A stretch of 64,000 nucleotides of DNA, from assembly GCA_951406725.2 (NCBI GenBank), contig OX597822.1:93744001-93808000 (forward strand). Direction: 5' to 3'. The notes under the pieces were generated by a model. The model was not told where the DNA came from and did no database searches. It was given only the letters and a program-made list of their open reading frames with translations. The translations under genes and the position numbers were made by a program. Of the stretch, positions 1-11,904 are shown piece after piece. Source of the stretch: Octopus vulgaris. Taxonomy: Eukaryota. Position 1 is the stretch's first letter, and each line of letters starts with the position of its first letter.

Positions 1-56
1 TGTTGTTGTTATTATTATTATTATTATTATTGTTATTATTATTATCACTATTCTAG

Positions 57-364
57 GATGAAGAGAACTCAAATGTGAACTGTCGAGTTGGTAGACTGTA
101 TGTATATCAACTAAAATCAAAAGACTCTCAGGAACTGCTCTCCATTGACGAAGAGTTGAATCATTCCGGAATATTGGACATTAAATGGTTTCATTCAGAT
201 CTTAACGGTCACTCGTCATTCGCCTTGGTCGATGCTGAAGGTCAACTATGTCTTTATCGTCTTGAAGGTGAAGACCAGAAGCATGTATCTTTGACCAGTT
301 CTGAAGAATTAGATTCTAATGTTATTGGTTTATCCTTGGACTGGTCAATTCCTCAACAAACAAG
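57..364 (+). CDS. DPH7: DPH7/WDR85 internal coding exon (first in window)
   Basis: Acceptor ttctag at 51-56, donor AAG|GTAACA at 365. Translates DEENSNVNCRVGRLYVY...SGILDIKW...IGLSLDWS, matching the DPH7 N-terminal WD40 motifs (GRLYLY, ILDMKW, LSLDW). Ends in phase 2. Confidence 0.9.
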
Positions 365-677
365 GTAACAACAAGAAAAACTTTTTAGTCATTATTATAT
401 TTACTGCCTTTGTCTGCATATATTTCCATGGGTTGGATTGTTTTATAAATTTAGATATTTGCTCAAGAATTTGTTAGATGCAATGTAGTCTTTTTAATGC
501 TAACGTTTTTTCTTATAGTTTTATATATGTGTTTGTCTTCTGTATAACATAAAGTAGCTGTGTTTGTGATGTGTGGATTAGCTAGTTTTGAAGTCTTCTT
601 TGAACAGTCAGATATCAGTTTACCTGGAAAGAAACAATACAATTATTAATACAGTTATTAATAAGAAGAGCATTTGC

Positions 678-927
678 CATATTCTGAATGCCTTACTTCC
701 CTGGGCATGGACACATTGAAACTCCGACGTCTGGCAGCTGACTTGGCAGACACCCATAAAATTATTAACCATCTTACAAACAATAACTCTGAGCACCTTT
801 TCGAACTCCACCCGTCTAACACCCGTGGACATATTTACAAAGTCAGAAAACAGCACAGCTCCCATGACTTTAGGAAGCATTTTTTCACGCTGAGAGTTGC
901 TGAAGCATGGAACAAACTGCCGGCATC
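678..927 (+). mobile_element. CR1/L2-type LINE ORF2 C-terminal fragment
   Basis: YSECLTSLGMDTLKLRRL...TRGHIYK...RKHFFTLRVAEAWNKLP. Near-identical copy at 43030-43503. Confidence 0.85.
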
Positions 928-1290
928 AAAGGACTTTGTAAATATGAAATTTTTTCTTTCGTTGATGTCTTATTTAACATCCTTCAAACTAAAAGACATG
1001 ACATAGTATATTGTAAAGAGGAAATAAATAACACTAGCACTGTGCTCGAAAATAAACTCGATGGTTTTTTTCAGTATTTTATGTTAGATGGAAAATATGG
1101 AATCGATGCAGTAATCAAAATTAAGGGATCCAGGAATAAATCTATTGATCCCCAACATCATTATAGAATGTTCTATAACAAAAATATTGATACAATAGTT
1201 GACCAATTAAAAACGCTCTTAGAAGAGCTTAAATTCATAGAACTTTTCAATTTCAATGAGGAATATTGCAAACAATTTCCAGTGACACCC
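928..1290 (+). mobile_element. degenerate hAT-like transposase fragment
   Basis: EIFSFVDVLFNILQTKRHDIVYC...FYNKNIDTIVDQLKT resembles the C-terminal half of ZMYM1-like hAT transposases. Confidence 0.5.
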
Positions 1291-1357
1291 TCATTCAACG
1301 TCAACATAAAGGGACATAACTCAACCGATTCTGCTTATTACTGCTTTTCTACATTTA

Positions 1358-3166
1358 CGAGGTAGTATCACAAACTTCCCGGACTAGTTATGTTTAATGA
1401 AAAATAACTTATTTACCTAAGTTTAACATCCTGTCCTTCGAAATAGTCACCTTGCGCAGCAATACACCGGTCTCGGGGTTCCTGCCGCTTTTGGGCTGGA
1501 AGTTATTTTCCATAAGCGAGTTGAGGACCTGCTGCGATTCGTTCTGGATCTCGACCACGGTTGTTAAAACGGCGACTTTTGAGCTGCATTTTCATCTTGG
1601 GGAAGAGATGGAAGTCTGCAGGTACTAAATCTGGCGAATAGGGCAGATGCTGAAGCGATATCATGTTGGTTTTGGTGAGAAACTCACGAGTGAGGCGAGC
1701 TCGGTGAAGAATCCAATTCGCGTTCCACAGATCCGGTCGCTTTCGACACATCGCAGTAGAACTCTAAATTGACGGTTTGGCCGTGGGGGACGAATACCAT
1801 ATTTCTGGGGGTGACGCTCGTGGAAGGTCTTCCACATCAGTCATCGTCTTCGAGGGGCATTCTTCCGCTTTTGAAGCGCCCGTGCCACTCGAAACATTGT
1901 GTACAACCCATTGCCACGTCGCCGTAACCTTACCGAAGCATGCTCAATATTTCTTATTTCTTTATTGCCCACAAGGGGCTAAACATAGAAGGGACAAACA
2001 AGGATAGACAAAGGGATAAAATCGATTACATCGGCCCTAATGCGTAACTGGTACTTAATTTATCGACCCCGAAAGGATGAAAGGCAAAGTCGACCTCGGC
2101 GGAATTTGAACTCAGAACGTAGCGGCAGACGAAATACCTATTTCTTTACTACCCACAAGAGGCTAAACACAGAGGGACAAACAAGGACAGACAAACGGAT
2201 TAAGTCGATTATATCGACCCCAGTGCGTAATTGGTACTTAGTTTATCGACCCCGAAAGGATGAAAGGCAAAGTCGACCTCGGCGGAATTTGAACTCAGAA
2301 CGTAGCGGCAGACGAAATACCTATTTCTTTACTACCCACAAGAGGCTAAACACAGAGGGATAAACAAGGACAGACAAACGGATTAAGTCGATTATATCGA
2401 CCCCAGTGCGTAATTGGTACTTAATTTATCGACCCCGAAAGGATGAAAGGCAAAGTCGACCGCGGCGGAATTTGAACTCAGAACGTAACGGCAGACGAAA
2501 TACCTATTTCTCTACTACCCTTCTAAACACAGAAGGGACAAACAAGGACAGACAAACGGATTAAGTCGATTATATCGACTCCAGTGCGTAACTGGTACTT
2601 ATTTAATCAACCCTGAAAGGATGAAAGGCAAAGTCGACCTCGGCGGAATTTGAACTTAGAACGTAACGACAGATGAAATACCTATTTCATTACTACCCAC
2701 AAGGGGCTAAACACAGAAGGGACAAACAAGGACAGACAAACGGATTAAGTCGATTATATCGACCCCAGTGCGTAACCCTGAAAGGATGAAAGGCAAAGTC
2801 GACCTCGGCGGAATTTGAACTCAGAACGCAGCGGCAGACGAAATACCGCTAAGCTGAAATTTCGCCGGCGTGCTAACGTTTCTACCAGCACGCCGCCTTC
2901 ATGCTCAATATTTCTATGGCAAACTTCCCAAGTTTAATACAAAGTTTCACGTTGGCTCTTTGTTCGAACTTCCTGTCTGTGACAAAAATCGCAGACTACA
3001 GCATACACGTGATCACAAAAGCACGACTTGCGAAGTATACACAAGTATGTCACTCGGCACACTGCCTCGCGAAGGTCACTGCTATCTCTCACTATGCACA
3101 CAATCGTGCTCTGCCATCTGTTGGCGTGCTATAGAACTACTCCGGGAACTTTTTGATACCGCCCTC
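1358..3166 (-). mobile_element. internally deleted mariner element interrupted by a SINE array
   Basis: TA at both ends. Imperfect TIRs CGAGGTAGTATCACAAACTTCCCGGACTAGTT / AACTACTCCGGGAACTTTTTGATACCGCCCTC. Remnant HLPYSPDLVPADFHLFPKMK (mariner YSPDL motif). Confidence 0.85.
1955..2899 (-). mobile_element. head-to-tail array (5 units of about 183 bp) of tRNA-derived SINE family A
   Basis: B-box GTTCAAATTCC and central GCCTTTCATCCTTTCGGGGTCGATAAA..AGTACCAG (MetaSINE-like domain) repeated. One 5' head only. 16-bp TSD CATGCTCAATATTTCT at 1939-1954 and 2900-2915. Confidence 0.9.
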
Positions 3167-3336
3167 TACAATTTGGGTGCATTTCTATTTTCCTGTGCAG
3201 GCATGGGTTAGGTACACACACGCACAAACTTTTTAAAGCCACCCCCTATCTAACAATGTTTATGTGTATACATTTACATACAGGGGTTCACATAGCTACA
3301 CCGAAGTGTTAATACACATATATATTTTTTTCGCAG

Positions 3337-3491
3337 GGACCCTTCTATCATAGCTTCCAGTTCTGATGGTAAGATCTCACTATGGCAGTTGACAAATACT
3401 GGATTGAAGAACATTATTAGATGGAAGGCACATGATTTCGAAGCATGGATTTCAGCTTTTGATTATTGGGACGAAAATCTGGCATACACAG
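3337..3491 (+). CDS. DPH7: DPH7 coding exon
   Basis: Acceptor tttttcgcag. Phase-2 start completes AGG. Reads DPSIIASSSDGKISLW...WKAHDFEAWISAFDYWDENLAYTG, the diagnostic DPH7 AHDFEAWI motif. Donor G|GTCTTT is weak. Confidence 0.93.
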
Positions 3492-3608
3492 GTCTTTTTA
3501 ATTTTTAGCTTTACATATCTATGTACACAACTGTAGCGTAGAAGACGCAATTTAAACATTCTGAAACACACAAAGACCATTAACTCCATTTCAAAAAATC
3601 CTTGTTTG

Positions 3609-3810
3609 GGATCTTTTCGGTTTGACCGGCAGTTTTTTAAAATAATTTCCACTTAACTTAATAGGCGCGGGAGTGGCTGTGTGGTAAGTAGCTTGCCGGG
3701 TTCAGTCCCACTGCGTGGCACCTTGGGCAAGTGTCTACTACTATAGCCTCAGGCCGACCAAAGCCTTGTGAGTGGATTTGGTAGACGGAAACTGAAAGAA
3801 GTCCGTCGTA

Positions 3811-3861
<51 letters not shown>

Positions 3862-4463
3862 GTATATATATGTGTGTGTGTGCGTGTATGTTTCTGTGTC
3901 TGTGTTTGTCCCCCTAGCATTGCTTGACAACCGATGCTGGTGTGTTTATGTTCCCGTCAATTAGCGGTTCGGCAAAAGATACCGATAGAATAAGTACTGG
4001 GCTTACAAAGAATAAGTCCCGGGGTCGAGTTGCTCGACCAAAGGCGGTGCTCCAGCATGGCCGCAGTCAAATGACTGAAACAAGTAAAAAGAGGGTTAAC
4101 TAAACACTTTAAAACTTCGTATACTGGTAGAATGTGTTTATAAAACATCTTTTTCTCTTGGCTTTATTGAGAAAATTCTATGGTTTGTAAGATTTTTAGT
4201 TGTTGTTTTTCTTCAATTTCTGCAATTTCAACCAATCAATGACGTTTATTGAGGTGAAAACATTCTGTGCCGTATGAATATATCCCTCGTTTAAGAAACA
4301 GATTGGGTTTATTTACATTTGTGAAGAAAAAAAGATACCCTTCCCCCCACCCCTAACCCTAAAACAGATTGAAATGCAATAGATCGATACTAGGGTCATA
4401 ATTATGGGTGACAATTTCATATGACACCGCTAGAAAAAACTGCCGGTCAAACCGAAAAGAGCC
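3609..4463. mobile_element. GG-terminal MITE (Merlin-like) with nested SINE
   Basis: TIR GGATCTTTTCGGTTTGACCGGCAGTTTTT. 8-bp TSD CTTGTTTG at 3601-3608 and 4464-4471. Second copy at 61233-61648. Confidence 0.85.
3661..4092 (+). mobile_element. tRNA-derived SINE family B (CORE-like, internal TA/TG microsatellite)
   Basis: GGCGCGGGAGTGGCTGTGTGGTAAG head, CCTTGGGCAAGTG core, tail GACTGAAACAAGTAAAAGAG. Many copies in the window. Confidence 0.85.
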
Positions 4464-4845
4464 CTTGTTTGTAACATGCTGACAAAATTTACGTCGTTCG
4501 AAACCTGGTCACAGGTATGTGTGTGTGCAGCCCTGCCACCGTATAAATGTGTTCTTGAATTTGAATGAACTAGAGAGTTATTTCCCTTCTTTTATGTCGT
4601 GGGGGAAAATAAACTTTCCCGATGGGCCATAGAAAGCAGTTATTAAAAATGGTTTCAAATTTTGGCTCGAGGTCAGGAATTTCAGGGGAGGGGATAGTAG
4701 ATTACAGCAACGTCAGTGCTTAACTGGTACTTTTTTGATCGACCCTTTCCCCGAAAAGATGAAAGACAACGTAGACCTTGACGATCAAAACGTAAAGACG
4801 GACGAAATGCTGCTAGGAATTTTACTCGGCATACCAACGATTCTG

Positions 4846-5227
4846 GGCGATCTTTCGTCTCTAGTAGACCTTTCCGTCGATTTCCGTAAAAAAATTTTTT
4901 TTTTTTACATATGGGCTTGCAGGAACTTTTGAAGTAATGAGAGCGAAAGAGACACATTACTCTCTCTGTCTCTTCACACACACTAACAGAAGCACTTCAC
5001 TTACACAACATACTGTCTGTCTCCCACACCCCATCAAACACACACACACATGTACATCAATGCTCCCATGCACGGTAACTTCAAAAGAACTTCCCTCGTC
5101 ATACAATCGCTTTCTCTTAGTCTCTTTCGCTCTCATTACTTCAAAAGTTCCCGCAAGCCCATATGTAAAAAAAAAAAATTTTTTTACGGAAATCGACGGA
5201 AAGATCTATTAGAGACGAAAGATTGCC
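4846..5227. mobile_element. GG-terminal MITE with about 105-bp TIRs, inserted in an old SINE
   Basis: GGCGATCTTTCGTCTCTAG... / ...AGAGACGAAAGATTGCC. 8-bp TSD CGATTCTG at 4838-4845 and 5228-5235. Confidence 0.85.
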
Positions 5228-5429
5228 CGATTCTGCTAGCTCGCCGCCTTAAGAACAGCCACAGTATTAATTGAAAAAAAAAAAAGCTATCGAAACATCG
5301 TTTCTCTCAATTTCCGTATTAGCCATTATTGAGTAAACATAGTGGTAACCATCCCGTCTCCACCTGCTGTATCGTATTTAATGTGTACATCCTTTATTAA
5401 AATTGCTGAAAGGGCATTTTGCTTGCTAT

Positions 5430-5661
5430 AAGGCAGTGAGCTGGCAGAAACGTTAGCACGCTGGGCGAAATGCGTAGCCGTATTTCGTCTGCCGTTACGT
5501 TCTAGGTTCAAATTCCGCCGAGGTCGACTTTGCCTTTCATCCTTTCGGGATCGATAAATTAAGTGCCAGTTACGCACTGGGGTCGATGTAATCGACTTAA
5601 TACCTATGTCTGTCCTTGTTTGTCCCCTCTGTGTTTAGCCCCTTGTGGGTAATAAAGAAAT
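5430..5661 (+). mobile_element. SINE family A monomer
   Basis: AGGCAGTGAGCTGGCAGAAACG head through AAAGAAATA end. Similar copies at 12809-13039, 15045-15258, 34817-35016 and 50358-50590. Confidence 0.85.
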
Positions 5662-6523
5662 AGGTACTTATTCTATTGGTCTTTTTTACCGAACCCCTAC
5701 GTTATGTTGAAAATTTAAAAAAAAATATCGAGCTCTCCTACTCAAACAGGAAAGATGTCATGAGAGTTCTATTTTGTCTTCTCATTAATAAAGCAGGAAG
5801 CATAAATAATTTCAAATACCCACTTCCTTCAATTTTTTGGAGGGGATAGAAGTGGAGTGGTATTTTTCACTTTGAGAACGCTCTGTTTAATATTAAATGC
5901 ATTGTAAATTTTCTCTCATATATAAATTGTGTGGAAAAATGGACTTGTAAGTTCTCAGACCAAACCAGTTATGTCCCTTGTATTACTTTATATGACAGAA
6001 CAGCCAACTGCTACTTGCAAGTGAACAAGGCTTGCTGATATGTTATTATGGAAGGCGGTAAGCTGACAAAATGCTTCGCAGTATTTCGTCTGTCATCAAT
6101 TTCTGAGTTCCAATTCCGATGAGGTGAACTTTACCATTCATCCTTTCTGGGTTGATAAAATAAGTACCAGTTGAATGTTGGGGGGAGGGGTCAATGTATT
6201 TGTCTTTACCCGTCCCCGAAAATTGCTGTCCTTGTGCTAAAATTTGAAATCATTATGTTCCACACTTAATGTGGAGAGGTGGCAGAATCGTTAGCAGAAG
6301 GCCTACTGGCATTTCATCTGTCTTTAAATTCTAAGATCAAATTCTGCCAAAGTCGACTTTGCCTTTCATCCCTCTCGGGGTCAATAAAATAAGTACCAGG
6401 CAAACATTGGGTCAATGTAATCAACTTAGCCTCTCCCCAAAATTGCAGGTCTTGTACCAAAATTTGAATCCAATATGTACCACGCTTTCTCTAATTGTTT
6501 TAGGTCGCTATATAGTTGCAAAT

Positions 6524-6828
6524 GTGGAGGCACAATGGCCCAGTGGTTAGGGCAGCGGACTTGCAGTTGTAGGATCGCGGTTTCGATTCCCAGACCAGGC
6601 GTTGTGAGTGTTTATTGAGCGAAAACACCTAAAAGCTCCACGAGGCTCAGGCAGGGGGTGGTGATCCCTGCTGTACTCTTTCACCACTCTTTCTCCCTCT
6701 CTTTCTTCTGTTGGCCTGCTCGCTTAGCCAGCAGGGTGGCGTCATACGAAGGCTAAAACAATGCGAACGCATTGTGACCAGCGATGTGTAACTACATCTG
6801 ATGGACTGGTCAGTCACATGATCATGTG
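6524..6828 (+). mobile_element. tRNA-derived SINE (third family)
   Basis: A-box TGGCCCAGTGG, B-box GGTTTCGATTCCC. 14-bp TSD ATATAGTTGCAAAT at 6510-6523 and 6829-6842. Confidence 0.8.
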
Positions 6829-7429
6829 ATATAGTTGCAAATTGACATGGCTACCCTCTTGTCTTTGATCCTGCAGAACATTCCACCAAGGACATGACAA
6901 ATGAAGGGGACAGAAGGCTGCACTAGCACTTAGCGTTCATTGCTGGTGTGTAGGCTGGAGCAATATGAAAAGAAATGCCTTCCTCAAGGTCACAATGCAC
7001 ATCTCAGTCAAGGAATCGAACCCATGGTCTTATAATTGTGAGCTGAACACTTTAACTCCTAGGCCATGTAGATTTACCTCACCTAGTAGATGGGGTGCCT
7101 TCACTTTCTATGACATACACCCATAGTTGTCGACACAAGTGATTACAACATCACTGTTCCAGCAAGTACAGTTAAGACTGAAATAAGTCTTCCATTCTTT
7201 TATACTTTTACTTATTTCAGTCATTTCACTGCAGCCATGCTAAGACTAATTTAACCAAAGTTCTTCCCCACCATTACATTTAGTATCATTAACCCATTAG
7301 TGCCCAATTTTTTTAAATTTAATTTATTACAAAAAATATTTTTTATACAACTTTATCTGATTCTAAATATATAAAAACAATTTTATTACAATATTTGAAA
7401 GACACTCCAGTCTTGATGACTAACTAAAG

Positions 7430-7900
7430 ATCATCATCATCATCATCATCATCGTTTAACGTCCGCTTTCTATGCTAGCATGGGTTGGACGGTTCAACTG
7501 GGGTCTGGGAAGCCAGAAGGCTGCACCAGGCCCAGTCTGATCTGGCAATGTTTCTACAGCTGGATGCCCTTCCTAACGCCAACCACTCGGTGAGTGTAGT
7601 GGGTACTTTTTACGTGCCACCGGCACAGGTGCCAGACGAGGCTGGCAAATGGCCACGATTGGATGGTGCTTTTTACGTGCCACCGGGACGGAGACCAGAC
7701 GAAGCTGGCAACGGCCACGAATCGGATGGTGCTTTTTATGTGCCACCGGCACAGAGACCAGATGAAGCTGGCAACGACCACGAATCGGATGGTGCTTTTT
7801 ACATGCCACCGGCACGGAGGCCAGTCAGGGCGGTGCTGGCTACGGCCATGTTCAGATGGTTCTCTTACGTGCCACTGGCACTGGTATCACAGCTACAAAT
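7430..7900 (-). mobile_element. retroposon family C: (GAT)n tail with internal tandem repeats of about 62 bp
   Basis: Tail GCTAGCATGGAAAGCGGACGTTAAACGATGATGAT and motif GGCGTTAGGAAGGGCATCCAGC, with 3-4 tandem units. Copies on + at 13670-14130, 16320-16600, 20880-21335, 23945-24312 and 30280-30740. Confidence 0.8.
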
Positions 7901-8674
7901 TCCATTGATGTTGATTGAATACGATTTTGATTTTCACTCAGAAAAATACTGGTGTTGCAGAAATATGATGGATTATCCTTCTGGTCCTAAAAAAAGGATC
8001 ATGGGTGCTAACGGGTTATAATTTAACCATAATTTTAATTAGCTTTTAAAAAGATGATGAAGTTGTAGGATTTTGTAAGCTATTTATAAAATTAAATTTA
8101 TTAATTATTAGTTTCAAATTGTAGCACAAGGCTAGCAAGTTCAGCTAGTAAGGCTAGCAAGACCCCAGCCTTTGACTGGTACTGCTTTTATTGACCCTGA
8201 AAGGATGAAAGGTAAAGTCGATCATGGCAGAATTTGAACTCAGAGCATAAAAGATGGATGAAATGTTGTCAAGTATTTTGCTCAGTGTGCCAACAATTCT
8301 GCCAGCTTACCGCTTTAAAGTTATTAATTATTACCATTAATTAATTTGCTTGGACTACCCCTGGTTCTATGGTGCAAGCTTCTCATTTTAAAGTGGTCTA
8401 AATTAAAACTCTATATGAAAATTTCATGTTAATTTATGTTTCAAAAATCAACTTAATAACAAAACTATTTTAATAAATCAGTCGTTATTTTCAAAATTAA
8501 ATGAGACAAAAATATTGTATTTCGAAAAGGGCGAATAATAGTTTAATTTAATGATAGACACAAATGTATGACAATTATTATTTCTTTATATTCTCTTTTG
8601 TTTCTTGATTTGAGGTGTTCAGTAGTTTCTATATAAGAAATGAAGGAATTTGTTTTAATTGTTTTTATCTTCAG

Positions 8675-8747
8675 GTGGGGATGATTGTCGATTTAAAGGT
8701 TGGGATCTGAGAAGTTCACAGAGCAAACCAGTTTTCACCAGCAAAAT
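8675..8747 (+). CDS. DPH7: DPH7 coding exon
   Basis: Acceptor tttatcttcag, donor GTGAGT. Reads (G)GDDCRFKGWDLRSSQSKPVFTSK, continuing YTG-GDD in phase. Confidence 0.93.
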
Positions 8748-9396
8748 GTGAGTCTAACAGTAGAACCAGTTGTGTTTGTTTCCATTTTTTTCTGCTTGTT
8801 TTTGTTATGTTTCTTCATCATCATCATCATCACCATTTAACATCCTTTCATGCTTCCAAGGGTTAATAAAATAAAGTACCAACCCAGTACTGGGGGTCGA
8901 TGTAATGAATTGACCCCCCCCCCCCCAAATTTCTGGTCTTGTGCCTATGTTAGAAACAGTTATTAGTACCATCACCTCATTGAATACAGGGTCATTGGAT
9001 TCACTTTTTATCTACTTTTTAAAAAATCTTTTATCTGTTTCAGTCATTAGACTGCTGCCTGACAGGATTTGATATGTCCAAGACAGTGCATCACGCCCTT
9101 GTGTTTTCTTTAGCATGGTTTCTGCAGCTGGATGTTCTTCCTTATGCCAATCACTTAACCCCTTTTTCCTCTTTCCTTTTCACTCCATTTTTTTTGCTTT
9201 ACAACCCTAACGTTGTAAAGAAGAGCAGGCAAAAACAATTAGGGACTCTTATGCATTTCCCCTAAATCTGCAACATATTCCCTCACTCATGAAAGTCCAT
9301 CACACAGACATTTCGTCTCCAATTTTGTCTTAGACTGGCTCTCAAATTCTTAAATTCTATTTACTGTTATCAACATTTGCTGTCCCGTTAAATTAA

Positions 9397-9437
<41 letters not shown>

Positions 9438-9458
9438 ATGTCATGGCTGCTATTGCTA

Positions 9459-9577
9459 GGAATGTTACCATATCATGCTGAATGCACTGGGTCTCGTTTG
9501 ATCACCAAAGTTAAGCAACGTTGAGCCTAGTTAGTACTTAGATTGGTAAATACTTGGGAAACCTAGGTGTTGTAAGC
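9459..9577 (+). pseudogene. 5S rRNA pseudogene
   Basis: ACCATATCATGCTGAATGCAC...TCTCGTTTGATCACCAAAGTTAAGCAACG...GTTAGTACTTAGATTGGT...GGTGTTGTAAGC aligns by eye with animal 5S, with many CpG-type changes. Confidence 0.85.
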
Positions 9578-9929
9578 ATCTCACTTTTAGGCACAGGCAT
9601 AGCTGTGTGGTAAAAAGCATGATGGGACCAGCTCTATGCATGGGCTTCTTTCAGTTTCCGTGTACCAAATCCACTCACAAGGTGCCATGAGGTGGGACTG
9701 AACCTAAGCTACGTAGTTGGAAAGCAAGCTTCTTTATTTCAATATTTTGCCATAAAGGCATAACATAGAGTGGACACTACAAAACATTAAAGCACTACTA
9801 ATAGTTTCATATGTTGAGAAAACTCAGACATATTCTTCAGGTGAAAACCACACATCATAACGAATTAAAGAAATTGAATAATAGAAGAAACGTGAAAAAA
9901 CTCAGAAGGCAGCATATAGAAAACAGTCA

Positions 9930-10341
9930 TTTACTCTTTTACTCTTTTACTTGTTTCAGTCATTTGACTACGGCCATGCTGGAGCACCGCCTTTTAATCG
10001 AGCAACTCGACCCCAGGACTTATTCTTTGTAAGCCCAGTACTTATTCTATCGGTCTCTTTTTGCCGAACCGCTAAGTGACAGGGACTTAAACACACCAGC
10101 ATCGGTTGTCAAGCAATGCTAGGGGGACAAACACAGACACACAAACACACACGCATATATATATATATATATACATATATACGATGGGCTTCTTTCAGTT
10201 TCCGTCTACCAAATCCACTCACAAGGCTTTGGTCGGCCCGAGGCTATAGTAGAAGACACTTGCCCAAGGTGCCACGCAGTGGGACTGAACCCGGAACCAT
10301 GTGGTTGGTAAACAAGCTACTTACCACACAGCCACTCCTGC
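9930..10341 (-). mobile_element. SINE family B full-length copy
   Basis: Reverse complement of the 3661-4092 family. Further copies at 11180-11585, 29586-30007, 38930-39345, 48138-48520 (all -) and 61972-62395 (+). Confidence 0.88.
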
Positions 10342-10577
10342 ATTTTCATCATCGTTTAACGTCCGCTTTCCATGCTAGCATGGGCTGGACGATTTTGACT
10401 GAGGGCTGGCGAACCAGATGGCTGCACCAGGCTCCAATCTTTCTACAATCTTGATTTGGCAGAGTTTCATGTTTCTTCTATTATTCAAGTTCTTTATTTC
10501 ATTATGATATGTGGTTTGCACCTGAAGAATATGTTGAGTTTTCTCAATGTATCATGGATCAGTACATTTTATATATA

Positions 10578-11134
10578 TCTTTATATCTATAAACGGCAAA
10601 ATGTCTGTGTATCTGTGTGTCCTTTATACAAATCCACAGTTTTTCACGTAAAGGGCTCACATTTTCTATGGGCTTTCAAAACTGTCTGAGGGTGGTTGTG
10701 AAGATCTTTTCGTTTCCCCAGTCACCCCAGAAAGCCATTAGAAAAATTGATAAACTGACCCCTTATGCCCATAAGTTATGGGCATATCCATTCAAAATCG
10801 TTAAAACATAGAAATTTGTATGCGGTGCATGCGTACATCTAGATACGCCAATAGACTGGCAGCTGTTTTTTGATTGGATGGAGATAGTTTTACTCATGAC
10901 AGTTGAATGCGTGTGTACATTTGCAGATAGTCTGTATGACTCAGTGCATTTTTGTGTTTTGCGAAGACGTGTTATCATGTGTTTTGGCATTCAAATGTGC
11001 ACGCATTTTGGATTTGAGAAATGCAGGGAATAATTAATGAGTTAGACCAAGGGAATGACAAGAGAGGGGATTTTCATGAAAGACCAAATATGCTTGACTA
11101 GCACAAGACCCGGCAACGCCAGGTCATAGTGCTA

Positions 11135-11135
<1 letters not shown>
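10578..11135 (+). mobile_element. non-autonomous Helitron
   Basis: 5' A|TCTTTATATCTATAAA. 3' GC-rich hairpin GACCCGGCAACGCCAGGTC followed by CTAG|T. No TSD. Confidence 0.75.
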
Positions 11136-11180
<45 letters not shown>

Positions 11181-11904
11181 TTTTACTTGTTTCAGTCGTT
11201 TGACTGCGGCCATGCTGGAGCACCGCCTTTAGTCGAGCAAATCGACCCTGGGACTTATTCTTTGTAAGCCCAGTACTTATTCTATCGGTCTCTTTTGCCG
11301 AACCGCTAAGTGACGGGGACGTAAACACACCAGCATCGGTTGTCAAGCGATGTTGGGGGGGGACAAACACAGACACACAAACATATAACCACATACATAT
11401 ATATAGATATATACATATATACGACAGGCTTCTTTCAGTTTCCGTCTATCAAATCCACTCACAAGGCATTGGTCAGCCCAAGGCTATAGCAGAAGACACT
11501 TGCCCAAGATGCCACGCAGTGGGACTGAACCCGGAACTATGTGGTTGGTAAGCAAGTTACTTACCACACAGCCACTCCTGCGCCTATATATATTTTTTTT
11601 ATTAAAGCTGCAAAAACATCACAAAAAAAAACTACTCAGAGTTTCATGTTCTCATTTGTCAGACAGTTGTGATCAAGACTGGAATCCAGTCTTGATGATA
11701 ACTGTCTGACGAAACTCTGAATAACAGCTTTTTTGTGATGTTTTAGCAGCTTTAATAAAAAAGCATATTACTCTACCTTTGGTATTCAAGTACTGTTTTT
11801 GCCACTTCATTTTGCATTTACGTGCTTAAGTGTATGTATGTATGTATATATATATATATATATACATATATACATACATTTCATTTCATTTATGCCTTAC
11901 GTAT

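Noticed and set aside
1955-2899. Regular repeats resembling a CRISPR array
   Set aside because: Units are near-identical over their whole 183 bp with no unique spacers. They are SINE bodies in a eukaryotic intron, with no cas genes.
7485-8021. 178-aa repeat-containing ORF (FYVPPA repeats) and its homologues
   Set aside because: Antisense translation of the 62-bp tandem region of retroposon family C. The frame is not preserved among copies.
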